A stretch of DNA of 64,000 nt from a virus. Below the pieces are notes generated by a model that searched no databases, was not told the origin of the DNA, and saw nothing but the letters and a program-made list of their open reading frames with translations. A program made the position numbers and the translations under genes. The stretch lies in the IMG/VR virus record IMGVR_UViG_3300027718_000185; one strand, given 5' to 3'. Positions 1 to 9,275 of the stretch are shown piece after piece; the first letter of the stretch is position 1; every line of letters begins with the position of its first letter.

Positions 1-31
1 ATAACTTAAGAAAGGGTTTTGCAACCCAATC

Positions 32-1162
32 TTATGTCACTTCGGCAAATGGTAATTTAATACCTACGTCCACATCATTCCAAATAATTTCATGTCCAGC
101 TTCATAATGTTCAGTCATTTTCTTACTCGTATGTCCAGCTAATGCCTGAGCAGATTTACCCGCTTTTTTATGCAAGAAAATAGCGAGTGCTCTAATTTCG
201 TGGAAGGTTGGTAATTGTCTTCCTGTTAAATTTGGATATGCCTTTGACTTCTTAACTGCTTTTAAAAAGCTAGATGATAAATACTGATTATCAACCTGGG
301 TCCAGTGCTCTTTTTCATATTTTCTCTTTTTACCTTGTTTAACAGGAACTCGATGAATAATGAAAGGACTGTCAATTTTATCTTTGCATCGATTTAAAAC
401 GTTTTGAAGTTCATCATCGATTTTAATTCTTACATAACCAGCACCTTCGACAATTTCGAATTCGTCTTCAGGATTATCTGTAGTCTTTTCTTGAGCTACA
501 TGAAGATAACCATCAATGATATCGGTCCACTTCATTTTCAAGATATCTACTCTTCGTTGTGTTGTTAGCATTGCCAAGTCGATTGCATTTTGTAGCCAAT
601 CAGGCGAGTGCTTACGTACTAGTTCTAAACCTTCAAGCGTATGTCTTCGCCGTTGTCGCTTAGTATGCTTAGGCATGGTCGCTTCAATCGGGTTGTCGGG
701 ACATAAACCCTTACTTACAGCAACGTTGAATAAATCAATTAATACTCCCCGACATCCATTGCTTGATGAAGCTGTCATATCATCTAGAAGTTGATTGGCC
801 ATAAACAGAGTGATCTGGTCTATGCGCAGATCACCCCATTTAAGTTTGCATCTTTCCAGATAAGATCTATAACTTTCAATTGTTGTGCTGGCTACTGGTT
901 TACCATCTTTACGTCGTTTATTCGCTAAGTACTCATCTGCAAATTCACCAAAGAAAACACCTCCCATAACTTTTCCAACTAAATCATCGGCTGGGATTAG
1001 CATTTCATTTAGTTTACGGGCTGCTGTAATTGCTTTTGATTTGTCTGAACCCATTGAATGGAATTTACCAGTTACCGGATGGCGGTAGCGCCAAGCACTA
1101 CCTTGTCCACGATAAAGATTTGCAGGTAAATCCTTATTTTTAGTGTTACGAGGTCTTGCCAT
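32..1162 (-). CDS. int: Phage integrase (tyrosine recombinase with N-terminal arm-binding domain)
   Basis: Lambda-Int-like N-terminus (LPANLYR...WRYRHPVTGK); catalytic R (TTQRRVD), H-x-x-R (FHEIRA) and GH...Y (LAGHTSKKMTEHY). Confidence 0.95.
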   Translation of the reverse strand: MARPRNTKNKDLPANLYRGQGSAWRYRHPVTGKFHSMGSDKSKAITAARKLNEMLIPADDLVGKVMGGVFFGEFADEYLANKRRKDGKPVASTTIESYRSYLERCKLKWGDLRIDQITLFMANQLLDDMTASSSNGCRGVLIDLFNVAVSKGLCPDNPIEATMPKHTKRQRRRHTLEGLELVRKHSPDWLQNAIDLAMLTTQRRVDILKMKWTDIIDGYLHVAQEKTTDNPEDEFEIVEGAGYVRIKIDDELQNVLNRCKDKIDSPFIIHRVPVKQGKKRKYEKEHWTQVDNQYLSSSFLKAVKKSKAYPNLTGRQLPTFHEIRALAIFLHKKAGKSAQALAGHTSKKMTEHYEAGHEIIWNDVDVGIKLPFAEVT

Positions 1163-1163
1163 T

Positions 1164-1370
1164 TCAACCTCTTAAAACACGGTCAACAAGTTCATTACCG
1201 GTACGCTTTCGGTAAATTTCCCAATCTATATACCAGATCTTGCCAATTTGTTCAGCCGGTAGCTCACCGCGTCGGCAACTACGGGTAATGGTTTGCGGGG
1301 CTGGAGGGGTTGCATCCTTGCCGCCATAAACCCGTTTAATAAACTCAGATACTTTGATTAGACAAGCCAT
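1164..1370 (-). CDS. xis: Excisionase-like winged-helix protein
   Basis: 68 aa directly upstream of int; TITRSCRRGELPAEQIGKIWYID is Xis/HTH_17-like. Confidence 0.75.
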   Translation of the reverse strand: MACLIKVSEFIKRVYGGKDATPPAPQTITRSCRRGELPAEQIGKIWYIDWEIYRKRTGNELVDRVLRG

Positions 1371-1379
1371 AGGTCTTCC

Positions 1380-1523
1380 TTACTTTCTCCAAGTTGCTTC
1401 TTTAAATTTCGCCTCATCAATCAAGTTGTCGATTTGAGACGGGTTTACATTGTCGTAGTAATGGTTCATCAGGTTGCCGAACACAATCAGAGTTCGGGCT
1501 GACGATGAGTAACGGAAGCACAT
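1380..1523 (-). CDS. Small hypothetical protein (47 aa, MCFRYSSSART...EATWRK)
   Basis: Hand-translated; ATG overlaps the TAA of the upstream ATPase (TAATG coupling). Confidence 0.55.
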   Translation of the reverse strand: MCFRYSSSARTLIVFGNLMNHYYDNVNPSQIDNLIDEAKFKEATWRK

Positions 1524-2641
1524 TAGGCAATTTCTCCCTTAGCAAGCTTTTCAATTTCAACTTGAACGGCTGGTAGTTTCGCCACATCAATTTGCATGAG
1601 TGAATCTATTCCTAAGTATTCACACACGGTTTTAACGTCTAAACCGCGCTCATCTATAAAAGCTTGTAATTGATCACGTTGCTTATCAGTAATCCCATTA
1701 AACTCGGGCGGACTAATCCATGAGTTTCTTTCTTTGTCGTACTGGCAGTTCAAGGCTTTAGCACGCATTAGCATTGTTTGACGCATGTTCTGGTAATACA
1801 TGTGTTCTTTATCTAAAGATTCAGTTAATTGATTTAGATCACCCGCATGTTCAGCCTCTTCACAGCTTTGCTTCCAATTCTCTAACTCTTCTTGGGCTTT
1901 TGCGGCTGCAAGTTGTGCCGGTGTTAAAGTGTTGATGTGGTCCTTTGCTTGAGTAATAAGATCAGCTAAGAAAGTTGGATTAGATTTAAGATCAGGAACC
2001 CATACTTCACCAGTTTCACCACCTAATGCACCTGAGTTTTTCGCATGGTGCGTAGGGGATGGTTTGAAGCTAATTACACGTGCATTCTTACCTTCATTAG
2101 TGGTTACAGTGGTTAGATAGCCCATGATGTCGGCTATACGGTAAAGCTCATTACGGTTTTTTCCGCCCAGATCTGGACGATAAATAATTTGATCGCCATT
2201 TTGATCTTCAGAAGCATGAGCAATGAAAACAACATCTTTACCAAGACTGATTAATGTATTGATGTACTGCTTAAATGTTTGGTTAGCCAAGCCTTGAGCT
2301 TTTAACTTTAAAGAGCCATCTTTTTGACGGTTATTAGCCGTGAGTAATAGATGTGTCTTAATGCACTCAAGCATCGCGCCTACAGTATCGATAACTACAG
2401 TGTTATAAGGTGCTAAATCCTGTGGAGTTAGGTTTGCTACATCACTCCATTGCTGAACCTGTACAACCGCACCGCGACGCAATTCACCAGTACGGTGAGC
2501 ACCACGGTCAAAGTCGAACGAAATTGCTTTATCAGCCGTAAAACCTATCGAAGTTTTACCTAAGCCAGGGTCAGCATAGAGGTACACAATAATTGCTTGA
2601 ACTAATAATGTTTGGTCAGCAGTAATAATAGGTAGAGCCAT
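1523..2641 (-). CDS. AAA_24/Sak4-like ATPase, probable recombination protein
   Basis: Walker A (ADPGLGKT), Walker B (VVIDT), early-left position. Confidence 0.75.
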   Translation of the reverse strand: MALPIITADQTLLVQAIIVYLYADPGLGKTSIGFTADKAISFDFDRGAHRTGELRRGAVVQVQQWSDVANLTPQDLAPYNTVVIDTVGAMLECIKTHLLLTANNRQKDGSLKLKAQGLANQTFKQYINTLISLGKDVVFIAHASEDQNGDQIIYRPDLGGKNRNELYRIADIMGYLTTVTTNEGKNARVISFKPSPTHHAKNSGALGGETGEVWVPDLKSNPTFLADLITQAKDHINTLTPAQLAAAKAQEELENWKQSCEEAEHAGDLNQLTESLDKEHMYYQNMRQTMLMRAKALNCQYDKERNSWISPPEFNGITDKQRDQLQAFIDERGLDVKTVCEYLGIDSLMQIDVAKLPAVQVEIEKLAKGEIA

Positions 2642-2652
2642 TTTTCTTATCC

Positions 2653-2982
2653 TTATTTTGAACCTGTAAAGCTGCGCTTTTTCTTATAAGCTTTGCGGTC
2701 GTATGAAGGGATGTTGCTAAGTTCTAGGGCAGTTGCTAATGCTTTTTTGCGCTGGAAGCTAATCTCATTCATTAAGGCTGCATGAACCTTAGGGCGTTTC
2801 GCCTTAAACTCTTCAACATTTAAAGGTGTTTTTACTTCACCTTTTACGGTGTACAGCACACTGCCATTTGCATTAGCTGCGTAAACAGTCCAGCCGATAC
2901 GTACAGAGTAGAGACCAGTTAAGCGGTCATGGCCGATATAGGCTTTTAATCCTTCAGGATGTGGTTTGAATTGAGCATTCAT
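2653..2982 (-). CDS. Hypothetical phage protein (start moved to MNAQFK)
   Basis: ORF track; packed in early-left operon. Confidence 0.6.
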   Translation of the reverse strand: MNAQFKPHPEGLKAYIGHDRLTGLYSVRIGWTVYAANANGSVLYTVKGEVKTPLNVEEFKAKRPKVHAALMNEISFQRKKALATALELSNIPSYDRKAYKKKRSFTGSK

Positions 2983-2984
2983 GA

Positions 2985-3173
2985 TTAGCCTCCCATCATC
3001 CAAGATGCAGCAGCTACAGCAATCACCCAAAGGATAAATGAAAGAGCAATAAACTTAATGAAGTCGATTGCGTTAGCTTTGAAAGTCGCAAAACGAGAAG
3101 GGCGCTGTTCTTCAACACTAGGGTGTTGATATAGGCGTGATGTGGTTTGACTAGGAATAGGGTTTTGTTTCAT
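2985..3173 (-). CDS. Small protein with C-terminal transmembrane helix; first gene after pL
   Basis: Hydrophobic FIKFIALSFILWVIAVAAASWMM. Confidence 0.6.
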   Translation of the reverse strand: MKQNPIPSQTTSRLYQHPSVEEQRPSRFATFKANAIDFIKFIALSFILWVIAVAAASWMMGG

Positions 3174-3191
3174 ACTTATCTCGCGTAATGC

Positions 3192-3232
3192 AAAAGCACA
3201 TCGGAAGGTAGAAGAGTCGATGTGCTTTTTTG
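3192..3232. terminator. Bidirectional terminator-like hairpin in the pL leader
   Basis: AAAAGCACATCG-N14-CGATGTGCTTTT. Confidence 0.65.
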
Positions 3233-3241
3233 TTATCTGGC

Positions 3242-3291
3242 GATAATTAATTTAGCAAATGCTAAATTAATTATCAATAGCAAATGCTAAA
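3242..3291. promoter_or_regulatory. Left operator region (OL/pL) with two TAGCA-N2-TGCTA sites
   Basis: 34-bp inverted repeat GATAATTAATTTAGCA-AA-TGCTAAATTAATTATC (3242-3275) plus TAGCAAATGCTAA (3278-3290); same motif between cI and cro. Confidence 0.8.
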
Positions 3292-3409
3292 TTTTTAAAG
3301 TGGGTTAATTGAAAGTTAATTTATAAATAGTGTTGTGTAATTGTTGAAAAATGAAACATATTCGTTAATATGAATGAATAACTTACATAACAAACGATTA
3401 GGTAAAATA

Positions 3410-4570
3410 ATGGATAACTTTATAGCAAGTCTTAAAAATCATATCGATCATGTAAAACGTGTAGGAGCACATTGTGCGACGGAAGAAACTACTAAGCAGG
3501 CATTGATCTTGCCATTATTAGATATTTTAGGCTTTAGCCCATATGACCCTACAAAAGTTCTAGCTGAGTTCGCAGCTGATTTTCCCGGAGTTAAAGCCAC
3601 GGAAAGAGTTGATTATGCTCTATATTGTAATGGGCAGCCGGTCATGTTTATTGAAGCTAAACCCTATACTGCAAATCTAACTAATCATGCACCACAATTA
3701 TCTCGCTATTTTAATAGTAGTTTAGGAGTAACAATTGGGGCGATAACGAATGGGCGTGAATGGCGGTTCTTTACTGATCTGATCAATACGAATGTAATGG
3801 ATGAGAAGCCATTTTTAGTTGTTGATTTTACAAAAAATAAAGCTGAAGAGTTGGTGCAGTTAGCGGAATTTAAACATGATAATTTTCATGCAGAGAAATT
3901 ACGTTTTTTTGCTGAAGAAAACCAGTATATTCAGCAGTTTAAAACGGTTATTAAGAAAAGCATTAATGAGGTCGATATTGATTTTGTTCGCTATGTTGCT
4001 CAACAAGCAAATATTCCCCGTCAATTAAATACTAAGTTTTTAGAATCAATACAACCTTTTGTTAAACAAGCTGTAGAGCAGGCGATTAGTGATACAGTAG
4101 TTAAAGGGTTATCATCACCAACGATTATTACTGCTCAACCAGTAGAGCCTAAAACTGTAGAAGAAGAAACAACAAAAGTTATTGAACCAGATTTCATTGT
4201 TAACCCAGATAATGAAAAAATTATTACTACCAAGGATGAACAAGATCTTTTCCGTATTGTGGGAGAGTTGCTCCCAGAGGTTGAACTAGAAAGTAAAGAT
4301 ACTGAAAGTTATTTTTCAGTACTTTATCAAGGTAAAAATAATCGTTGGTTATTTCGATATGATGTGAATCGTAAACGGCCAACCATTCAGTTTATTGTTC
4401 CGGTCGATGATGCACGTCGAAGTGAGTTAGTAAGAGCCGGACTCGAAGTTCAGGCGAATGGACAGGTATTCTTAGAAAAACCAGAATACATTTATAGGGC
4501 TGTAGGTATTCTTAAAGATTGTTTGGAATACTGTGTCAATGATGAAAACTTTAAGCGAACAGCAAATTAG
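3410..4570 (+). CDS. Stand-alone HsdR N-terminal (type I restriction-like PD-(D/E)xK) domain protein
   Basis: EETTKQALILPLL, RVDYAL, FIEAK, TNGREWRFFTD motifs; no helicase motifs. Confidence 0.75.
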   Translation: MDNFIASLKNHIDHVKRVGAHCATEETTKQALILPLLDILGFSPYDPTKVLAEFAADFPGVKATERVDYALYCNGQPVMFIEAKPYTANLTNHAPQLSRYFNSSLGVTIGAITNGREWRFFTDLINTNVMDEKPFLVVDFTKNKAEELVQLAEFKHDNFHAEKLRFFAEENQYIQQFKTVIKKSINEVDIDFVRYVAQQANIPRQLNTKFLESIQPFVKQAVEQAISDTVVKGLSSPTIITAQPVEPKTVEEETTKVIEPDFIVNPDNEKIITTKDEQDLFRIVGELLPEVELESKDTESYFSVLYQGKNNRWLFRYDVNRKRPTIQFIVPVDDARRSELVRAGLEVQANGQVFLEKPEYIYRAVGILKDCLEYCVNDENFKRTAN

Positions 4571-4577
4571 ATTAGGT

Positions 4578-4610
4578 TAATAATTCCTTCCTCTCAGGAA
4601 GGAATTATTA
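4578..4610. terminator. Bidirectional terminator between convergent hsdR-N-like and lmuB genes
   Basis: Perfect 15-bp stem TAATAATTCCTTCCT-CTC-AGGAAGGAATTATTA. Confidence 0.8.
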
Positions 4611-4620
4611 CTGATTAGAA

Positions 4621-6348
4621 TTAATTATTAGATATTCTAGGACGATCAAAATCCATTCCAAATAATTTATTAGTAGGTTTATCACTCAATAATTTAATAA
4701 CTATTCTACTATCTAAATAAGAAATCAGTTCTTCTGTGGCGTATGCTTTTATATCTTCATAGTTATTTATATTGATAGATAGTATGTATTGCTTAGAGCT
4801 ATCATTAATATCATTAATAGTAAATTCAAACCATTTTGCTAATTCACTGGGGTCAATATCAGCAAAAAAGCGGTTATCATGCCAAAGCATACTCATATTA
4901 TGATAACCATGTTTAAATATTAGCCAATCATAGGAAATTACTTTAGCATTCGCAACTCCATCAGAACTATCAGTTTGCAGCTCTACGGATAAGTCATACA
5001 TAAGCATATTATTTTCACTATCATTTAAAGTAATATAAATGCCTGAGCTATAATTAGGATATAATTTTGAAGTAATTTCTTGAAACTTAGTATTTAAAGA
5101 TCCTAATGGATCTGTTTTTAAATACTCTAATGCTTGTGAAATAGAAGAAATTATTTTTCCTTTTATTAATAGATTTTGCTGTTTGATATCATCATTAATA
5201 CTTAAATATTTTTTTAAATGTTCAAGTTCCTCTTGTAAAGAAGATAACTCTTTAGCAATAGCAATATATTCATCTAAAGCATGTTTATCTTTTAAAAAAG
5301 ATAACTTTTTATCTCTTTTTTCAGAATATATATTAAAGTTACTTTTTAACTTTTCTATCTCATTAAAAATTTCTATTTTTTCTTTTTCGAGTTTTGTTTT
5401 TCTATTTATTGTGAGATCATTATGAAACTTTTGTACTGTTTCAAAATGTGCAAGAGCTTCAGGTTTAAAAATATGTTGTAAACCATTATATAAATCTAAT
5501 AGTTGCTCATTATTGATGTCTGGAGTATGTTCTAAGCTTTTATTAATATTATGTATTTTAAAGGTAAGAGCTGAGATTGTTCTTTGAATATCTCTAGATT
5601 TTTCAGTTAAATATTCTACTTCTTTTTCTATCTCATGATAATTATCCGCAATAGTATAATTATCTAAATTTTCTTGTAATTGTGGAATATACTTTTCTAG
5701 AAACTCTTTTCTTGCTGTGGGATTGGTTCCAGTTTTTACCACTTCACTCAAGTAAGAGTCCTCTTTTAGAAGTTTCTGGGTAGTAGTATTAGCTTTAACT
5801 TTTTCTTTAAGTAAGTATTTGTTTTCAATTAAGTTTAAGTCTAATCCCAATAAATAAGCATTATTTATTAAGGATGAGTAATCACTTTCATCTTCAATAA
5901 ATAATGGATTTAAACAGTCGGATTTTTCAGTTCTTGAAAATCTTTTAAATAGCGATCTGAAAGATAAATATTTATATTTCTTAATCTTTGGAAATACACC
6001 AGAATTATCTAACCATTCCTGTAATTTTGTAATTTTAATATCTTCTCCATTCAAACGTATTAACTTGGAGTTACCTGATCGTTCAATAGAATAAATACTA
6101 TTCCCAATACTAAATTCGAGTTTAAAAATCCATGTTGGAACTGCGTGTGCTAATGTTTTTGAAATACTATTTGAGGTTTTTGCACCTAAACAAAAATTAA
6201 CTAATCTTAAAGATTGAGTCTTTCCAACGCCATTTACTGAAGAATCTCGATCATCACTTTTTGTTCCTAAAATAATTGTTAGCCCTTCAGGATTAAAGTT
6301 AATTGTGCGAAACTGTGGTTGATTACAAGATAATTTTATAAGTTTCAT
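4621..6348 (-). CDS. lmuB: Lamassu LmuB / ABC-3C ATPase (DUF2326-like, SMC-like)
   Basis: Walker A NGVGKT, long coiled coil, C-terminal SDGVANAKVISYD and LWHDNRFFADID motifs. Confidence 0.8.
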   Translation of the reverse strand: MKLIKLSCNQPQFRTINFNPEGLTIILGTKSDDRDSSVNGVGKTQSLRLVNFCLGAKTSNSISKTLAHAVPTWIFKLEFSIGNSIYSIERSGNSKLIRLNGEDIKITKLQEWLDNSGVFPKIKKYKYLSFRSLFKRFSRTEKSDCLNPLFIEDESDYSSLINNAYLLGLDLNLIENKYLLKEKVKANTTTQKLLKEDSYLSEVVKTGTNPTARKEFLEKYIPQLQENLDNYTIADNYHEIEKEVEYLTEKSRDIQRTISALTFKIHNINKSLEHTPDINNEQLLDLYNGLQHIFKPEALAHFETVQKFHNDLTINRKTKLEKEKIEIFNEIEKLKSNFNIYSEKRDKKLSFLKDKHALDEYIAIAKELSSLQEELEHLKKYLSINDDIKQQNLLIKGKIISSISQALEYLKTDPLGSLNTKFQEITSKLYPNYSSGIYITLNDSENNMLMYDLSVELQTDSSDGVANAKVISYDWLIFKHGYHNMSMLWHDNRFFADIDPSELAKWFEFTINDINDSSKQYILSININNYEDIKAYATEELISYLDSRIVIKLLSDKPTNKLFGMDFDRPRISNN

Positions 6349-6608
6349 TTATTTACAACCTTTTGTATGCAAATCATCCCATTACTATCTAGATAAATTT
6401 CTTGAATAAATAATAAGATATCCAATGCAAAAATAAGTTGGGTAAAATTAATACGGAAAAGAGGATTATTGTCCGCTTCAACTTTGGCCCATAGAGCATC
6501 TATTGAAATAGGAAAATCTAAAAACTGTCTAATATAGCCAGCAATTCCTAATAGGGAGCCAGCAAATCTGACATGTTTATGAGGCAATAGTGCTGTTTGG
6601 ATCTTCAT
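6345..6608 (-). CDS. lmuC: Lamassu LmuC / ABC-3C middle component
   Basis: ~87 aa, LLPHKHVRFAGSLLG...IDALW...FALDILLF; overlaps both neighbours. Confidence 0.72.
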   Translation of the reverse strand: MKIQTALLPHKHVRFAGSLLGIAGYIRQFLDFPISIDALWAKVEADNNPLFRINFTQLIFALDILLFIQEIYLDSNGMICIQKVVNK

Positions 6609-7536
6609 AGACGTCACAAGTTGAAAAATATTTAGCAATTATGATTTCAGCTACAGAAGTATAACCTCTTTTTGTTAGCTTATTATTTTTTGCGTGCTCA
6701 GGAACTAAGCTTTCAATTAAACCTAAGTAAATTAAAGCATTTCTATCAACATCTTCTGTAGGTATAGAGCGATTTATATCTTTGTAAATTGAATTGATGC
6801 ATAAAGCTAAGTCTTGAGCCATACCATCATCTTGAATTGCTAAAAATTCATCTATTTTAAAGACTTCAGCATATTTACTTGTTAATTTGGCAGCTAAGAT
6901 AGGATTTAATTTATTAAAAATCACTTTTTCATCAAAATCTGGTGCTTCCCCATCTAAAAAATTGAAGCAGTTTTCATTATTTTCGATCAAATGTGTTATG
7001 AGTTCACTTATGATAGTCGGCTCAAATTCTGTATTATCGCCTTCATCAAGACAATGTAATTCTAGTACATCTAATTTCTGATCATCAGTTAAGCTCATAA
7101 AAAGGCTTTGTAATTTTTGTGCGTGAATGATTTGACCTTGTTGAATATTTTTTTGTTGTTTAAAGGATTCAAAATCATTTTGTAAAAGAGCAGGGATATT
7201 TGTAAACTTATCATTAATAACAAAGCTATAACCATTAATTTCTCCCCATTTCGTTTCTAATTTTTCGTAATCAGTTACAGCTTTATTTAGCTCATCTAAT
7301 GGGCGTGGAGTAGTTGTTGCTAGAGGAGCATAAATTTGATAGTAATGTTTACTTGCTGGATTATATCCATCATTCCCACCATCCCCCCAATTACCATAAG
7401 GTTTTATTGGTACAAAATTCTGATCTAAATATCCCATAATATTTGAGAAAAAAATCTGAAAATCCATACCGGATGATCTATACATTTTAAGCCTAAAATA
7501 TAATCTCATTAGATTATTTGGAACTTGAACCGCCAT
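6577..7536 (-). CDS. lmuA: Lamassu LmuA effector: Cap4-like nuclease plus ABC-3C C-terminal domain
   Basis: N-terminal KPYGNWGDGGNDGY...YQIYAP nuclease motif; C-terminal APDFDEKVIFNKL. Confidence 0.75.
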   Translation of the reverse strand: MAVQVPNNLMRLYFRLKMYRSSGMDFQIFFSNIMGYLDQNFVPIKPYGNWGDGGNDGYNPASKHYYQIYAPLATTTPRPLDELNKAVTDYEKLETKWGEINGYSFVINDKFTNIPALLQNDFESFKQQKNIQQGQIIHAQKLQSLFMSLTDDQKLDVLELHCLDEGDNTEFEPTIISELITHLIENNENCFNFLDGEAPDFDEKVIFNKLNPILAAKLTSKYAEVFKIDEFLAIQDDGMAQDLALCINSIYKDINRSIPTEDVDRNALIYLGLIESLVPEHAKNNKLTKRGYTSVAEIIIAKYFSTCDVYEDPNSTIAS

Positions 7537-7574
7537 TTCATACCCCTATGAATAAATATAACTATTATTAAGTT

Positions 7575-8252
7575 TTATATCTTTCTGTACATTGCAACTA
7601 CTTTTCCAACTAAACGGCAATCAGGAGTAAGTTTAATTACTTTTTCTTCCCAATTAGGGTTAAGCGGTTGTAAATATTTAGTTGTACCTTCAATTACTAA
7701 TTGCTTAAAAGTTGCCTCTGTGTCTCCTGAACAGGCAACAATTACTAAATCACCTGTTTTAAGGTCATTTACAGGAAAGTCTGGGTTTACATAAATTCGA
7801 TCTTCAGGCTCAAATCTTGGAGACATGGAGTATCCAGTTACTATAAGCCCATAACCATTTTTACCTGCATCATTATTGTGAGGCAGCCATTCATTTATTT
7901 CTGTATCTTTTAAGACTGTTTCAACATTAGAAAAAGAACCTGCCGCTACCCATGAAATCACTGGAATCAGATCACCCTTTAAAAGAATCTTCTGAGATAA
8001 GTTTATATTGTTATCTAGTTGGTTTTTATTAATACTTTGATCTAATACGCCGACATTAAGTCCCATTTTCTTTTCTAAATTTCTAGCCGATCTCTCACCA
8101 ATATTTCGGTGACCATTTACTAATTGAGAAATATAGCTAGGTTCTAAATCCTTCTTCTTACAATATTCAGCATCATTTTTTGCTAAACCCTTTGATATTG
8201 CATTATCAATAATCCGTCGAAGGTTTTGTTTTCTAATTTCAGAAATATCCAT
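7575..8252 (-). CDS. cI: CI-like repressor (XRE HTH + S24 autopeptidase)
   Basis: HTH (SYISQLVNGHRNIG); IPVISWVAAG cleavage site, GYSMSP serine, ATFKQL lysine. Confidence 0.92.
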   Translation of the reverse strand: MDISEIRKQNLRRIIDNAISKGLAKNDAEYCKKKDLEPSYISQLVNGHRNIGERSARNLEKKMGLNVGVLDQSINKNQLDNNINLSQKILLKGDLIPVISWVAAGSFSNVETVLKDTEINEWLPHNNDAGKNGYGLIVTGYSMSPRFEPEDRIYVNPDFPVNDLKTGDLVIVACSGDTEATFKQLVIEGTTKYLQPLNPNWEEKVIKLTPDCRLVGKVVAMYRKI

Positions 8253-8296
8253 AATGATTACATTGTATTAATAAGTGCTAATTAATTTTGATGGAA

Positions 8297-8359
8297 TTTA
8301 GCAATATGTAAATTACACATTGCTAAATTTTTATTGCTAAAATATTTAGCAAATGCTAA
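8297..8359. promoter_or_regulatory. Right operator region (OR; pR/pRM)
   Basis: TTTAGCAAATGCTAA at 8345-8359 plus several TTTAGCA/TGCTAAA half-sites between divergent cI and cro. Confidence 0.78.
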
Positions 8360-8394
8360 TGTGTTTTTGATTTTGCTAATGAGGAGTAATTCTG

Positions 8395-8634
8395 TTGGAT
8401 ACCTCAAGACTACGAACTTTTTATTATGGGCTGTCAACAAAAGCACGAGCCGATTTTGCGCTTAAGTGTGATACGTCAGATGGGCAAATCAAACAAATCA
8501 TTTCTAAGCATAGAAGTTGTAGCCCAGTTCTAGCAGTTGAGTTTGATAAGGCGAGTAACGGTTTCATCCGTTGTGATGAGTTATGCCCACAAGTTGATTT
8601 CGAATATGTACGGACACAACAGCTTATTGCGTAA
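8395..8634 (+). CDS. cro: Cro-like (YdaS-type) regulator
   Basis: Divergent from cI; FALKCDTSDGQIKQI...LAVEFDKASNGFIRCDELCP. Confidence 0.78.
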   Translation: MDTSRLRTFYYGLSTKARADFALKCDTSDGQIKQIISKHRSCSPVLAVEFDKASNGFIRCDELCPQVDFEYVRTQQLIA

Positions 8635-8664
8635 TTTTTATCAGGCAAGGGAGCTGCTCTTTTC

Positions 8665-8949
8665 ATGAGAACCGATGAAATGAATGAAGCAAGAGAGTTG
8701 GGCTTTTTAGGTGGAAAGCTCGATAACCCTGTAACGGTCAAATTTAATGATTTGACTGATGAATCCATCGAAGGCGTGGCTAATGCCAGCGACATGACGA
8801 AAGCAGACTGGATACGAGAAGCTTGCATAGAAAAACTCTTGGTGGAGAGACGCAAGTTCAATCGTATGCGAAAGGTATGGGGTCATCCTAAGGAAACAAG
8901 AGATGCCAGAGGATGCCATGAGAATACACAGTCAAATTTAGAGCATTAA
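8665..8949 (+). CDS. CII-position regulator (possible ribbon-helix-helix)
   Basis: Follows cro; VTVKFND...MTKADWIREA pattern. Confidence 0.55.
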   Translation: MRTDEMNEARELGFLGGKLDNPVTVKFNDLTDESIEGVANASDMTKADWIREACIEKLLVERRKFNRMRKVWGHPKETRDARGCHENTQSNLEH

Positions 8950-8977
8950 AAAAGCCTGATTTCGTGGATCAGGCTTC
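8947..8977. terminator. Hairpin after the cII-like gene (tR1-like or minus-strand terminator)
   Basis: AAAAAAGCCTGAT-TTCGTGG-ATCAGGCTT. Confidence 0.6.
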
Positions 8978-9002
8978 TAGGCATTCAATTGAGGTGAATC
9001 AA

Positions 9003-9275
9003 ATGAACACAAACAATTTATCAGAACAACCAATCGAACTCAACTCACAAGAATTTGTAGTGGGTGACATGGTGGTTGTTAATGAACTGGATCATAACGA
9101 AATTTTCGAAGTGTTTGGATTTTACTACAGCACACCTAAACGACTTTTTGTTAAGTCAGCGTGCGGTAAGCAGTTAGCTCTACCAGTTCAATTCTTTAGA
9201 TCGGCATCAATTGCTGAGTTAGAAGCAAAACGTCGTTTAACTGCAGAAGAGTTAGCACGGGCGGAGGTGTCATGA
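9003..9275 (+). CDS. Hypothetical phage protein
   Basis: ORF with GAGGTG RBS; overlaps next gene (ATGA). Confidence 0.6.
   Translation: MNTNNLSEQPIELNSQEFVVGDMVVVNELDHNEIFEVFGFYYSTPKRLFVKSACGKQLALPVQFFRSASIAELEAKRRLTAEELARAEVS

Noticed and set aside
1-31. Possible attL, and a partner attR near 59880-60110
   Set aside because: No convincing direct repeat found by eye; the left junction probably lies outside the window
516-1088. Plus-strand ORFs 516-794 and 885-1088
   Set aside because: Antisense shadows of the integrase; no RBS or motifs
8424-8919. Minus-strand ORFs over cro and cII
   Set aside because: Shadows of well-supported plus-strand genes
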